From Octopus bimaculoides (lineage: Eukaryota), in NCBI RefSeq assembly GCF_001194135.2, contig NC_068984.1, positions 46,697,719-46,757,551 on the forward strand: a DNA stretch of 59,833 nucleotides. The letters run 5' to 3'. Below the pieces are notes generated by a model. The model was not told the origin of the DNA, ran no database searches, and saw only the letters and a program-made list of their open reading frames with translations. Made by a program: the position numbers and the translations under genes. Shown here piece by piece: positions 12,525 to 25,721 of this stretch; the first letter of the stretch is position 1; every line of letters begins with the position of its first letter.

Positions 12525-13830
12525 CACGAGAGTTCGGTTGAAACGTTCATAGGCTGACCAACATATTCTTATGGAATGTGACTAAATGAGCTTTATTTTT
12601 CAACATAGTCCTTCTTGCGGTCCATACACTTCTTCCATCAGCTTTGCATTACTTAGACTCCACTGGTGAAGAATATTTTATCATGTTACTCAAAAACTCA
12701 TCAACAGTAGATATGACGTTATCACCACTGTGATATTGTGAACAGATAATAGTAAGATGTAAACAAATCAGGAGAATAGGAAGGCTGATCAACCAATTCA
12801 AAGCCACAGTCACGCACAGCAGCCATTGAAACCGATTAGACAAGTCACCTTTCGTCACCTTTCGTCACCTTTCGTCACCTTTAGTCCGTTTTCCTAAATG
12901 TTTCATCGTGATAGACGTTCGTAACTTCTTCAACCGTTTAGCATAGTACTCTCTATTGATAGTGAGATCCGCTTGAAGAAATAAGCTCAATGCCTTTTGC
13001 ATCCCAAAAATCTGAGGCTATCACTTTACCTGCTGATGGAACGATTCTGGCCACACTTGGTGCAGACGAGGAGGGTTGTTTCCACTACGTGGATTGTCTT
13101 TTTGTCTCAGGTTCAAAGTCAAGAAGCCTACACGCATCCCGCGTAAGGGTATGTTCAAGTAAACCGGTTCGATCTGCATCAAACAATGTTAGATTTTCTC
13201 GTGATGTGATCGGCCTGATGCTCTTTTGATCAAATTTCAGATTACATGGCATCCACCGAGCAGAAACCTTCGTCATGCCAAGTTCTTTGTGCAGGATATT
13301 CTCAATTCTCTCACGGGATATGTAAATAGCGTTGACTATCTTATTTATAGTCAGTCCCCTCTCAGACATCAACATGTGCTGAACGCGATAAATGTCTTCC
13401 TCCGTGGTGGAATTTGGAGGACGTCCAGAGCTTGGGTCATGTTCAAGACTCTCCCTTATCACAAATTCGGCTGCCCACTTTTTCACTGTTCATAAAGCTC
13501 GAAAGTCATCCCTTAATGTAGCAACCATGTCAACATGGATGTAGTTGGGGGCTATACATTTTCTTTGCACGTACTCGATAACACCACGATGTTAAATGGT
13601 TTTTTTTTTGAAGTGTTGTGGAAGGCTCCTGACCGCTACAACGTGACCACAATTAGACTAACACGTTTCAATAAAATAAAGAAACTGTGTGAACTGTTGA
13701 CTGTTGACAGTCAGCAGTTGACAGCGGGATGTTGGCAGCATTGATCATTCGTATTAGATAACTGTGTTAGTTTAATATCGTACCTACATTTGACGGAATA
13801 CTGAGTATGCGCTGCGTGAACATATTAATT
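12525..13830 (-). mobile_element. Mariner (Tc1/mariner) DNA transposon, decayed
   Basis: ORF 13085-13486: KKWAAEF...SGRP...ILHKELGMTKVSARWMPCNL (HTH region plus WVPxxL-like motif) and EPETKRQS. DQPSYSPDL occurs at about 12764-12790. Ends are approximate (putative TIR starts CACGAG at 12525). Confidence 0.9.
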
Positions 13831-13926
13831 CTGCTAAAGGTTATTCTACAAAACCATATCAAATATTTATTTGGGTTATACACTTCCTACACCCTTGTGC
13901 ACACCTCAACGTCATCATAATATTAT

Positions 13927-14051
13927 TGGCGACGAGGTATTCAAAACCCCGAAGACATAGCAATTGGTGATGAAGATATTGGTAACCAGGCTGGATAGGT
14001 TCTTTTTTGGAACATGGACGAATTACCAGCTTCAGTAACTAAATTACAGAC

Positions 14052-14082
<31 letters not shown>

Positions 14083-16617
14083 CTAAATACAGATGCTACT
14101 CAAAAAAGTGAAAAATACATCGACTTCGTTCACCCCTGATGCGGTCGCAAACGTGATCAGTGAATTCGCATATAACCCGGATTAGGCCATTACCTTTCCG
14201 GCCTACTACAGAAGTTATGAGATTTTTAAAGAAGAGGTCCTGGACTGACAAAATGAAACAAAAACCCGAATTTAGTTGAGAAAGTTGGCCCCAGCCGAGC
14301 ACGAAAAATACTGCAAATATATATTACCGAAGAGGCTTGGGGAAGTATGCTTTAAAGAAACTCTTGATAACCTTTCAAAGATATTCAGGGAGAAAATCTA
14401 TTTATTTAATACGCGCTGGTAATGCATAAATATTATTTAAAAAAAAAAAGAGGACGAATATTTTATTACATACGGTGGAATCGTTAAAAGGTAATGCGAG
14501 AAATTTTAAAATAATGAACGAACCCAGATATGTGTAACTGTTCAATTTTTGTGCAAGGTCTAACGGTAAAGAAAGAGGCAGAAATTTGTAACCGAAATCT
14601 GACTAAATTAGAGCAGAATCAGAAGCTAACACTACAAGAACTATCTGAGGAATGCCAGAGAACAATAAACCTAAGGCACGATACGGAACAAATTGAAATA
14701 AGAAACTGCTTACATATACAATTGAAATAAGAAACTGCTTACATATACAATAGGTATGACCGAAAGTAAGTAATGAAAAGCAGAAAAACTAACCTATGTT
14801 TTCGATGTGGAGAATTACACTACAGATTCGACTGTCCTTATAAAAATCGCAATGCTTCAAGTTCTATACGATAGATCATTAAAAAAATCCCACTGTAAAA
14901 CAAAACCTAAAAATCTGTTCAACAGAAAAAAATCACGTAAAGAGTTTATCGGTGACAAGAAATAAGAACGAGACTCAAACGAAATTTGTGTACGTAAAAA
15001 TTAATAATACAAATGTAAAATTACAATTAAATACAGGAAGTGACATTAGTTTAATTAATGAAAACACGTGGGAAAAAAATCAGGAAAACTACACTACAGA
15101 AAACTTCAAAAATTGCCCGTGGCGTGTTGGGGATTAAATTAATTTTTAAAAGCAAAATTATTCATAGCGTTCTACTTCACGGTATGACTATAAAACTGAA
15201 AGCTTATGTATTAAAAATACAAATAACCTTTATGGAACTGACAGGGTGGAACTGTTCGACGAATAGGATTTACTCATAAATAATTTTTGTAAAAGTGTAA
15301 TGGAGTCGTGCGCCAGTTCAAATAGAGTGTCAGAAAATTTTAAAATGACGTGTAACGGTTGTTCCCAGTTTTTTTCTCGGACAAGTTGGGTCGGTGCACT
15401 AAATTCAAAACCAAATCTCAGATGAAAGAGAATACATTACCAGTTTTCAAGCCCAAACGTAATGCATCGTTTGTAACATTGGAACACGTAAATAAAGAAT
15501 TAGACAGACTGGAAAAAAAGTTGGGAGTGACTGAAAAGATCGATTACTCAGATTGGGTGAGTCCAACTGTATACGTTACAAAGAAGAACAATAAAATACG
15601 TGTTTGTGCAAATTTCTCGACTAAACGACTGTTTAAAACAATATAACTACTTATTATCTATCCCATAGGAAATCCCTTAACTAAATGGTGGTAAACTGTT
15701 CTCAAAATTAGATCTGTCTGAAGCTTGCGTACAGATGTAAGTGGCAGACGAATGTGCTAAGCTCCTAACAATCGATGCACATAAAGGTCTGTACAAATTT
15801 AACCGGCTTCTGTTTAGCATATACGTTGCTCTGGCTATATTTCAACAAGTGAGGGATACGATGCTTGCAGAGTGTGACTTCGACTTCACGACGGCCTACC
15901 TGGATGATATAGTAATTAAAAGTGAACCCCTTGATCGAGCACGTAAAATATGTGCTCGGAGAAAATAAGGGATTACGGCTTCACTTTGAGTGAGGAGAAG
16001 TGTGAATTTTTTTCACTTCAAATTAAATATTTAGGACAAATCATTGATAAAAATGGACGTCGACCAGATCCAGCGGGAGCAGATGCGATTAAAATTATGT
16101 TCCTTCGGACAATTATATCTATATTATTTGGGGACTTGCAAAGTATTATCTGATTTATATACCAAATATGCATAAGTTAAAAACTCCACTAAATAATCTA
16201 CTAAAAAAAAGGAGTAAATTGGAATTGGTCTGAAACTTGTCAGAAAGCTTTCGAAGAGATTTTTTAAAAATTAACATATGATTTGTTTTGAGCATATTTT
16301 AATCCTGCAGTTGAAGTTGTAGTAGCTTCAGATGCCTCTGTGAGGTATTGGAGCAGTAATTCCACGTAAATATAAAGATGGTAATAGGAAGGCTGCGGTT
16401 CATGCCTCACGTTCGTTACTACATGCAGAAAAAAATTACAACCAAAGTGAAACAGAGGGTCTAGCGATTAATTTTGCCATAAAAAATCTCATTATGTTTT
16501 CCACGGTAGAAAGTTTCGTCTACAGACCAATCATCGTCCGTTATTATCTTTATATGGGTCGAAAAACGAATCTCTGTCCATACTTCTAATAGTTTGCAAC
16601 GCTAGTGTACTGTTCTA
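13927..16617 (+). mobile_element. Ty3/Gypsy LTR retrotransposon internal region 1 (PBS, gag, protease, RT, RNase H), decayed, integrase absent
   Basis: PBS-like TGGCGACGAG at 13927-13936. Zinc knuckle CFRCGELH...DCP, protease VKLQLNTGSDIS, RT WVSPTVYVTKKNNKIRVC and AYLDDIVI, RNase H DAS and HASRSLLHAEKNY. Many frameshifts and stops. Confidence 0.92.
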
Positions 16618-17297
16618 TAGTGAAACTGTACACCCCTCCCGGTAAAAAGTGGTACTAGGCAGGTCGAAAGTGTGTGTAGACTGTGTTGATAGTCGTGCCT
16701 GTGCTGATATAGTAACTATACTGTGATACTGAGTTGACGTTATATCGATCCAACCTTTTGAGGATAATAACACTGTTGTTGTTGTTGGCACTCCGTCGCT
16801 TACGACGTCGAGGGTTCCAGTTGATCCGATCAACGGAATAGCTTGCTTGTGAAATTAACGTGCAAGTGGCTGAGCACACCACAGACACGTGTACCCTTAA
16901 CTTAGTTCTTGGGGATATTCAGCATGACACAGTGTGAGAAGGCTGACCCTTTGAATTACAGGCACAACAGAAACAGGAAGTAAGAGAAAGTTGTGGTGAA
17001 AGAGTACAGCAGAGTTCGCCACCATCCCCTGCCGGAGCCTCGTGGAGCTTTTAGGTGTTTTCTCTCAATAAACAATCACAACGCCAGGTCTTAGAATCGA
17101 AACTGCGATCCTATGACCGCGAGTCCGCTGCACTAACCACTGGGCCATTGCGCCTCCAATAACACAGTACGACTGGAGGTCATACAGTGCCAGAGAGAAC
17201 CATCATATCGACGACTTCAGAATATAAAAGTATCTGTCAGAGTGACAACGGTCGTCAAAAGACAGATACAACAGTGGCAAAAGACGGCTTTACATCA
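16618..17297 (+). mobile_element. Putative 5' LTR of Gypsy element 2 (interrupted by a SINE)
   Basis: Non-coding segment that begins where the RNase H frame of element 1 breaks off and ends in ...TACATCA immediately before a PBS (TGGCGACGA, 17299-17307). No second LTR copy in the window. Confidence 0.6.
16774..17157 (-). mobile_element. Full-length tRNA-derived SINE with 8-bp target-site duplication
   Basis: Minus strand starts GGAGGCGCAATGGCCCAGTGGTTAG (A box) ... GTTTCGATTC (B box) and ends in an (AAC)n tail. AATAACAC flanks both sides (16766-16773 and 17158-17165). Confidence 0.92.
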
Positions 17298-17298
17298 G

Positions 17299-19495
17299 TG
17301 GCGACGAAGAAAAACACATTTACGCGGAGTGAAAAAGAAAATCTCACAGAGAGTTAAACTAATTCACGTGGAGAATTAAATACCTCGACAAAAAAGAAAC
17401 AAAAATCTTGTTTGCAAACTTATGAAAATCGTAAAGTATGGAAGATTTGTTAGCCAGGATAGTTGAGCTACAACATCAGCAACAACTCGAGGAAGAACAA
17501 GAACAACATCAAAGATTTCAGCAGCAAATGTTGCAACTAATGAGGTTGATAACCAAACCGTAGAATACATTTTCACCTGAATGTGTAGCAAATTCCATAA
17601 ACGAATTCAAATATGACACCAAAGAAGGAGTAACCTTCGAGGCTTACCTTCGAAGATTTCAACAAATTTTTGAAAAGAAATTTCAGGATTAGACGGACGA
17701 AATGAAAACGAGTGTAGTTTTAAGAAAGCTAACGACACCAGAGCATGAGAAGTATAGTAACTTCAAATTGCTAAAAAATGCGTCGGACATACATTTCACA
17801 GTTTGTAACCAGTTGTCATTTTGTGCAAAATGCTTAATGGAAAGAGCTCACTGTTGAATACTAGATGGAGATGTTTAAATATAGAAAAGAGCGAAGATGA
17901 AGACATCACTACTTACACAGATAGACTCAGCAAAGAATGTTAGAGATTTAGTCTAGATACGCTTACTCTAGATTCTTTCAAGTTTTGATTTTTGAACAAC
18001 GATTGACATATAGATTGACATATAGATAACGATTGACATATAGATGGGATGCAGAAATCCGAACGGATATTCTATCAAAACGGGAAATGAACTGGAAATT
18101 GCAGAAACTGTCGGAAGAGTGTGACAAGATATTAGAATTAAGGAATGACATGGAAGAAATTCAACGGCCAAGTGCAAAAAAGTCGGAAGACAAATAAAAT
18201 GTTGCAGGATAAACAGAAAAATTGTCGTAATGTAGACCCATGTATGGCATGTGGTGGAATGCACCTGAAAAAAAAAAGATTCTCCGTATAAACAAATACA
18301 TTGTTTTCACTGTGGGTTTACAGGATATATAAAATTGCATTGCAAAACTAGAATGATAGGAAACTGGAACAGACAAGAAAAAATAAATAGCTTGTCTGCG
18401 GAAAAAGTTGTGACAATAACAAGCAGAAAATTATGTGAACGTGAGAAATGAAAATACTAATGTCAGAATGCAATTAGATACGGGAAGTGATATCACAATG
18501 ATGAGTAAGAAAAGTTGGGAACAAATAGGTAAATCAAAATTATGTAGTTTAAACAAAATAGCGTACGGTGTTACGGGAAGAAAATTATATTTCACGGGCG
18601 AACGCGTTTGTAATATAATGTTCAAAGGTCGAGCCAAAAAAGTGAATATTTATGAGTTGAAAAATCTATGAATCTATTTGGCACTGAATGTATGGAGAAT
18701 TTCAATTTATGAGATGCACCCTTGAGTACTTTGTGCAATAACGTAAGCGAAGCAGTAAAACGATCGAACGAGTTCGATGAACTGAAACAAAAAAGTGAAA
18801 GAAATTTTACCAAAAGTTTTTTCGGAAGGCTTAGGCTGTTGCACAAGACAAAAGCAAGGGTTGCTATCAAAGAAAATTCAACACCTATTTTCAAGCCCAA
18901 ACAGAACGTGTCGTTTGCGGCGGTAGACCAGGTCAACAAAGAACTAGAAAATTTGGAAAGACTGAATATAACTGAAAAGATTGAACATGCGGAATATGCA
19001 GCACCGGTGGTGTACGTAAAAAAGATAATAATAAGCTAAGAATGGGCCCAGACTTCCCAACCGGGTTAAATGACTGTTTGCTCACAAACAATTACCCATT
19101 TCCGAGGCCAGAAGTATTTACTGAATTAAATGGATGTAAATTTTTTCGAAGTTAGACCTCTCGGAGGTGTATCTTCAAATTCAGTTAGAGGAACATTGCA
19201 CACATCTACTAACAATCAACACGCACTGTGGATTGTACAAATTCAAAGCACTACCATTTGGAAGGAAAATGGCACCCGCCATATTCCAACAAATATTGGA
19301 TGCGATGTTATGTGATTGCTACTTCGCCATCGCATACCTGGATGACATTCTGATAAAGAGCGAATCTCGGGTGCAACACGTCGCACACATCAAGAAAGTA
19401 TTCGAGAGAATAAATGAATACGGACTAAAACTGACAAGAAAAATGCGCATCTTTTATTAAAAAAATAAAATACCTAGGTCAAGTAATGGACCTAG
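17299..19495 (+). mobile_element. Ty3/Gypsy internal region 2 (PBS, gag, protease, RT), decayed and 3'-truncated
   Basis: gag ANSINEFKYDTKEGVTFEAYLRRF, knuckle CMACGGMH, protease VRMQLDTGSDITM, RT YAAPVVYVKK, HCGLYKFKALPFG and AYLDDILIKS. Confidence 0.92.
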
Positions 19496-19700
19496 GTCCC
19501 CCACGATAGCTTGACGACCGGTGTTGGTTTGTTTACGTCACCATCAGTTAATGACTAGGCAAAAGTGATCAACTGAATAAGTACCAAGCTTTAAAAAATT
19601 AAGTACTCGCGTCGATTCATTCGACTAAAAATTCTTCAAGGCCGTGCCCCAGCATAGCTGCAGCCTAATCACTGAAATAAGTAAAAGACAAAAGATAAAG
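19496..19700 (+). mobile_element. SINE 3' half
   Basis: GTCGATTCATTCGACTAAAAATTCTTCAAGGCCGTGCCCCAGCAT...ACTGAAATAAGTAAAAGA is shared with copies at about 40930-41010 and 45200-45260. Confidence 0.8.
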
Positions 19701-21173
19701 ATACATATAAATGCTACTTATTTATTTAGAGAAACCTATTTTGCTAACTCTAAACATGCACATGATTGATGTTTGCATATTTGTATACTTGGCATATCAT
19801 TACAATTCCATTTAAAAATATTAGAAATTAAAGATTCCACGTATTGATGCTTATATAAATGAAAATAATGTGAATGTAATGTATATTCGATGAATACCAA
19901 ATGGTTGCTAAAAAAGAAAAAAGACAGAATTATGATGGAAAAGTATTTGCTTGCTTCCTAAAATATTCTAAAATCAAGCTTCTTTAAGATTGTAGAAAAT
20001 ATATATAATTTTCTCAAGAAATTCAAGTAGATATCCAATTAAATATAATTATACTCTGCGTTTGGCATGTTGGATTATAGACATGATAGTTAATTCAAAA
20101 TTTCCAAAATTCCTTTAGGAAATTCTCTTTCTTAAATTTTGTTTTTTCTTAAGCATAGAAATCACTTTCCAATGAAGAAAAACTATTCTGAAGTTTTTGC
20201 ATTATAACTTATTACGTTACTTTTTAAATTATTTGAAACTTTTATAACTTCGTTTTACTTCATATTCATTTTCTATTTCACAAAACTTTTATGTTTAATG
20301 TAAAGGATGTGAAAAGAATACAAACATATACTAATATCTTTTCAAACTGTTTCTTTATTTTTATTTTCTGCATTAATTAGGATTAAAACATTTGCCATCG
20401 GAGAAGTGCCGATGAATTTTTTTTGCTTTTTGAATATTTATAAAACTCTTCTTTATTTTATGTAGAACTAGTTAAACCCAATCGTAAAGAAGAGAGTAAA
20501 TTATCCGTTGTTTGTCCATTCCTGTTGACTGTTAATAATAATTACGCTTTCGGAAGTGTATAATATTAATTAGTTTAATAAATGCAAGGTCATTTGAAAT
20601 TGAGTGAACACTTAGTAATCCTAGAATCTCTCATTAACACCTCAGAAAAGTTTGCAGTTCTTCGCTTTACATTCAAATGGAGGGAATATTTGTTTTATGA
20701 GAATTATTTATGCCTTCAAATAATGTCTGATTCCTCTAATATCATATTCTTTAGTGCAATTTAAACAGATATTCAGTGATGAAACAAATGGAATACGTCC
20801 AATATTTATTCATAGATGTATTGATTTCATACATATTTCGATGTTTAATGTATCAATACACATTCAGCTTATTTATGTTCAAATCAATTTATATATANNN
20901 NNNNNNNNNNNNNNNNNNNNNNNNNNNNNNNNNNNNNNNNNNNNNNNNNNNNNNNNNNNNNNNNNNNNNNNNNNNNNNNNNNNNNNNNNNNNNNNNNNNN
21001 NNNNNNNNNNNNNNNNNNNNNNNNNNNNNNNNNNNNNNNNNNNNNNNNNNNNNNNNNNNNNNNNNNNNNNNNNNNNNNNNNNNNNNNNNNNNNNNNNNNN
21101 NNNNNNNNNNNNNNNNNNNNNNNNNNNNNNNNNNNNNNNNNNNNNNNNNNNNNNNNTATATATATATGGATAC

Positions 21174-21286
21174 CTTGACTTGTATTTTACTTATTGGTAC
21201 TGGAGGAAGAGACAGTGCTATTAGACCTACGACATCAGCAGGACTGATGTCATTAATATTTGTTTCGAATCTTTGTATGTCGATAC
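21174..21286 (-). CDS. Candidate internal exon, unidentified protein (GIDIQRFETNINDISPADVVGLIALSLPPVPISKIQVK)
   Basis: Acceptor ...gttccttcag|GT, donor AAG|gtatcc, 113 nt (phase 1 to 0), open frame with a stop just upstream of the acceptor. No homolog recognised. Confidence 0.45.
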
Positions 21287-22038
21287 CTGAAGGAACGTTT
21301 TAAGCAGGGTGCAGATTCCAGAAGGCTGATGTTCTAAGAAGAAAATACTGCTCATAGTTATTAATAGCAGATTTATTGGGTTGAGCACATCAAAGTGGAG
21401 AAAGAGAAACAGAATCGAATAGCATGATAATGTCTGAGTGGATGTGGAGTGATATCAGTTTCATCCCAGGACCGAAACGAATATTGTAGCAGTAGAAGCC
21501 TTATAGTGAGTTGACGACTGCGCCTCTTAGCGAGCGCCTGAGGCGTGCCATTTAGGGACTTTATAAATTAAATAAGTTAATGTACGTTTTGCTGTTGGCG
21601 GTGCCTATAAAATCATATCAGAACAGAGACACTCGTGGGTCATTGTGAAATATACTGATTGCCTTACTTAGCTAATTCCCAAATATAGAACTTAACTCCG
21701 CGCGACATATCCAGGACACTAAAAAACGTTTTTTTGCTCATCAATATAAATAGACAATATAACGAAAGGCGCATTAGATTTCTTATCGGAGTAATCTTGA
21801 TAACTTGCCACATTCATCCGACACAGAAGAGGAACTAATAAAACCCAGTCATAATTCATTTACAATGGAATAATTACAAGAAACAAAGGCTTGTTGGAGT
21901 AATGAATAGGTGGATAATTAAAGGCAATTTAGACGAGGGCATAAAGATTATATCTCTGTATGAATGTATGCATGTATTTATGTATGTATGTACATACGTA
22001 CGTGCGTATGTTTGTATGCGTGCTTGTGTGCTTGTGTG

Positions 22039-22098
<60 letters not shown>

Positions 22099-22322
22099 TG
22101 TTCGTAACGACATTGAAAACATTAACAAGAAGAAAATGCTTATATAATTTTATCGTAGAGATAGAAAAACAATATCTACATTTTTAACTAAGCAGTTATG
22201 CGACATCTAAGTTGTTTATATAAATAACCTAGTGGTTTGATCTAAAGTATGAAGCTATTCTTTAAATAATATACGTCCTCTTCTAACACACTGCACACGT
22301 ATCTATACATGCATATATATAT

Positions 22323-22495
22323 ATCATCATCATCATCATCATCATCGTTTAACGTCCGCTTTCCATGCTAGCATGGGTTGGACGATTTGACTGAGGACTG
22401 GTGAAACCGGATGGCAACACCAGGCTCCAGTCTGATTTGGCAGAGTTTCTACAGCTGGATGCCCTTCCTAACGCCAACCACTCAGAGAGTGTAGA
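22323..22495 (-). mobile_element. 3' tail of a retroposon (RTE-related LINE or SINE) ending in (GAT)n
   Basis: (CAT)n run followed by CGTTTAACGTCCGCTTTCCATGC...GGATGCCCTTCCTAACGCCAACCAC. Family assignment is from recalled similarity only. Confidence 0.5.
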
Positions 22496-22687
22496 TATAT
22501 ATATATANNNNNNNNNNNNNNNNNNNNNNNNNNNNNNNNNNNNNNNNNNNNNNNNNNNNNNNNNNNNNNNNNNNNNNNNNNNNNNNNNNNNNNNNNNNNN
22601 NNNNNNNNNNNNNNNNNNNNNNNNNNGAGAAGATATAAAATACAAAGTGAAATGGTGGAAGGAAAACAAACGTGAGATAAGTAAGGT

Positions 22688-22708
<21 letters not shown>

Positions 22709-22721
<13 letters not shown>

Positions 22722-23578
22722 ATAAGGGCATTAACTATATAGTAATGCCTCACGCTTAGAGGGACTAAATAAGTCAAAAACTACCAAAAAATAAGCAACA
22801 TATTTACCGAAAGCGAGGAAATGCAGCTTTCAAAATTAATCTCTTAAAAACATTTAACTTAACGGTAAACCACTGGTTTCTCAATCAATACAGCAAAACT
22901 GTGAAGTAAGCTGTATCTTTTGTTCACCAGTACACGTATGGTCGAGAAACATAAAAATAAACAAGAATCAACATATCACGATGTACCCAACATAGTCCGA
23001 TGACTTCTGTCCATCATTATATATCCGTGAAAGAGATTTGAATTTATCCGGTTGCATCTCAGTAACATGTGCTTATACAGAATAATATTCAGCACTGAAT
23101 ATATTCTAATTATTTATAATATAATATAGGATAAAATCTTTATAAGAATTTATCAAGTAGCCAGCGTGAAAAACCCTCATAATGACAAAAACTCATCATT
23201 TTTTTCCATAAATATATATAATTTATATAAGGGCATTAACTATATAGTAATGCCTCACGCTTAGATGGACTAAATAAGTCAAAAACTACTAAAAAATAAG
23301 CAACATATTTACCGGAAGCGAGGAAATGCAGCTTTCAAAATTAATCTCTTAAAAACATTTATATTATATTATAAATAATTAGAAATATGTTGCTTATTTT
23401 TGGGTAGTTTTTGACTTATTTAGTCCCTCTAAGCGTGATGCATTACTATATAGTTAATGCCCTTATATAAATTATATACATTTATGGAAAAAAATGATGA
23501 GTTGTTTTCATTATGAGGTTTTTTCACGCTGACTACTTGATAAATTCTTATAAAGATTTTATCCTATGTTATATTATA
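22709..23578. repeat. Mosaic of direct and inverted copies of a about 260-bp unit (A-spacer-B-A-A'-B')
   Basis: A (TATATAATTTATATAAGGGCATT...AAAAACATTT) at about 22709-22856 and 23214-23360. B at about 23104-23213. Reverse-complement copies of A and B at about 23385-23578. Confidence 0.93.
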
Positions 23579-24649
23579 NNNNNNNNNNNNNNNNNNNNNN
23601 NNNNNNNNNNNNNNNNNNNNNNNNNNNNNNNNNNNNNNNNNNNNNNNNNNNNNNNNNNNNNNNNNNNNNNNNNNNNNNNNNNNNNNNNNNNNNNNNNNNN
23701 NNNNNNNNNNNNNNNNNNNNNNNNNNNNNNNNNNNNNNNNNNNNNNNNNNNNNNNNNNNNNNNNNNNNNNNNNNNNNNNNNNNNNNNNNNNNNNNNNNNN
23801 NNNNNNNNNNNNNNNNNNNNNNNNNNNNNNNNNNNNNNNNNNNNNNNNNNNNNNNNNNNNNNNNNNNNNNNNNNNNNNNNNNNNNNNNNNNNNNNNNNNN
23901 NNNNNNNNNNNNNNNNNNNNNNNNNNNNNNNNNNNNNNNNNNNNNNNNNNNNNNNNNNNNNNNNNNNNNNNNNNNNNNNNNNNNNNNNNNNNNNNNNNNN
24001 NNNNNNNNNNNNNNNNNNNNNNNNNNNNNNNNNTATATATATAAGGATATGTGCGTGTGTATATCTTTGTGTATGTGCGTGTGTTTCCTCAGGCATTCAA
24101 ACCAAAGTGTAGTAGTGTAGATAACTTTCAGCAGTGAGAAAATTTTATTGTCAGATATATCAATTATCATTTGGCAGCCAGGTCTAACACCTTTACAGTT
24201 CTTGTGATATATTTTTAAAGTTTAGCAGGTTTGTTTGGAACATGGAAATAGGCTGCTGCTACTGCTGCTACTACTGTAATTGTTGATTTAAGTTAGTTCT
24301 TCAGGTTAATGGAATTAGCCAGATGGGAAAGGCAACTTTTATTAAGAGAGGGCGAATTGTGACTCCTAAACTTTGTTGTTTTGCAGCTTTACCTATCCAT
24401 GTTAAAGACATCAGGAGTTTTACTTGAAGAAATACCTGGGGCAGAATAAATTTATGTGGTCCGTAGAAGTCTTAAACATGGTTCTAGTAACTTCTTTGGC
24501 AACACTTAAACCCAAGCTGCACTGCCTCTTTCTCGTGCTTTCGGCAGCAGTAGTGTCATAGGAAGTAGTGACCTGCTGCATAAGCAAAAATATGGACAAC
24601 TAGAGCTGCCTAGGCCTGTCCCTGCAGAGAAAAAAAATCGTCACTTAAT

Positions 24650-25560
24650 TGCAGTGTCAAAATGCAAAGAGTAACAGTCTATTTAAATTGGCATGAAGAC
24701 AGGTGGCATAGTTTTTGACATAGAAATTAGGCCATCGTCTCTTGCTGGACAGCTACACTCTGCCTCAAGCGGGGCATATCTTAATCACTTAGGCGTTGTC
24801 CAGCCAAAGTCTGCCTACCTCGCTGGATACATGGGGCTTATGAATAAAAGGAAACTGAATCACGCTCGGAAAATACTACGCCAAGCACAGCCTGAATATA
24901 AATAATTGAGTACACGGGCTCAGCTGCTGGTATATATATATAGACCACAAAATGTCAGAGAACATCAGTATAATCAGAAACACCACGTGAGAGACTCTAT
25001 TCCTTATCATTTTGCATGAATAAGACAACAACAGATATTAGAACATTGTTTTAGCTTTGTTGTGAAAAACTCAGTGCTGAAGATGAAACCCAGTGAAGGA
25101 ATGAATGAGCGGACAATTTTTTTCTCTGATGTCTTACATCCAGTGGATCCCATGCTCCAGTTATCTACTTTTAGCAAGCTACAAAAATAAACAGCCATGC
25201 CATCAATTCTTGGAGACTTCCACGTATGCAACTTAAGATGCATTCTGGATGTCAGGTAGACTGGCCAAATCACAAACAATGAGGTGTTCGCTTGCACAGA
25301 GATACCCAATCATCGCCTTCTATGACATATGTAACGCCTTTAATTTTCAGGCAGAAAAATCCCGAAACAGCTGCTAATTAGATAACTAGAAACCAGCATA
25401 CGAACACAACGGGAGTAACATTTTCTTTACAAGATGTTTGCGAGAGAGGCGTAAAGACGCATTATATGAATGCAGGAAGGAGGAATTTCACCACTGGCAT
25501 TCTCTTACGTTGGAGATTAGAACAAGACACTACTGTTAAAATGTGACAACAAATGCAGTC
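24650..25560 (+). mobile_element. RTE-clade LINE RT/C-terminal fragment, highly decayed
   Basis: Fragments QITNNEVFACTEIP, KIPKQLL and YKDVC resemble the RTE C-terminal ...TNxEVL...RLPKQLL...RYKD pattern. Many stops and frameshifts. Confidence 0.55.
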
Positions 25561-25721
25561 AAAGTTGCAGGGACACGAGCATGTTGGTTTCTTGAGCCCC
25601 AACAAAAGCAGCAGAGATTCAAATATATACGGACATATATGAATATTCATATATATATACGCGTGTGTGTGAGTGCATGTGTGTGCATGTGTATGTGTAT
25701 ATATATATATATATATATATA

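Noticed and set aside
12843-12885. (GTCACCTTTC) x4, plus short tandem duplications at about 14690-14750, 17995-18045 and 34812-34867
   Set aside because: Ordinary slippage duplications, mostly inside dead transposons.
17080-17157. tRNA gene
   Set aside because: It is the tRNA-derived head of a SINE with body, tail and TSD, and lacks a complete cloverleaf.
22389-22415. CUGAGGA...GAAAC hammerhead-like spacing
   Set aside because: Only 5 nt separate the boxes, so no stem II can form, and no UH site follows.
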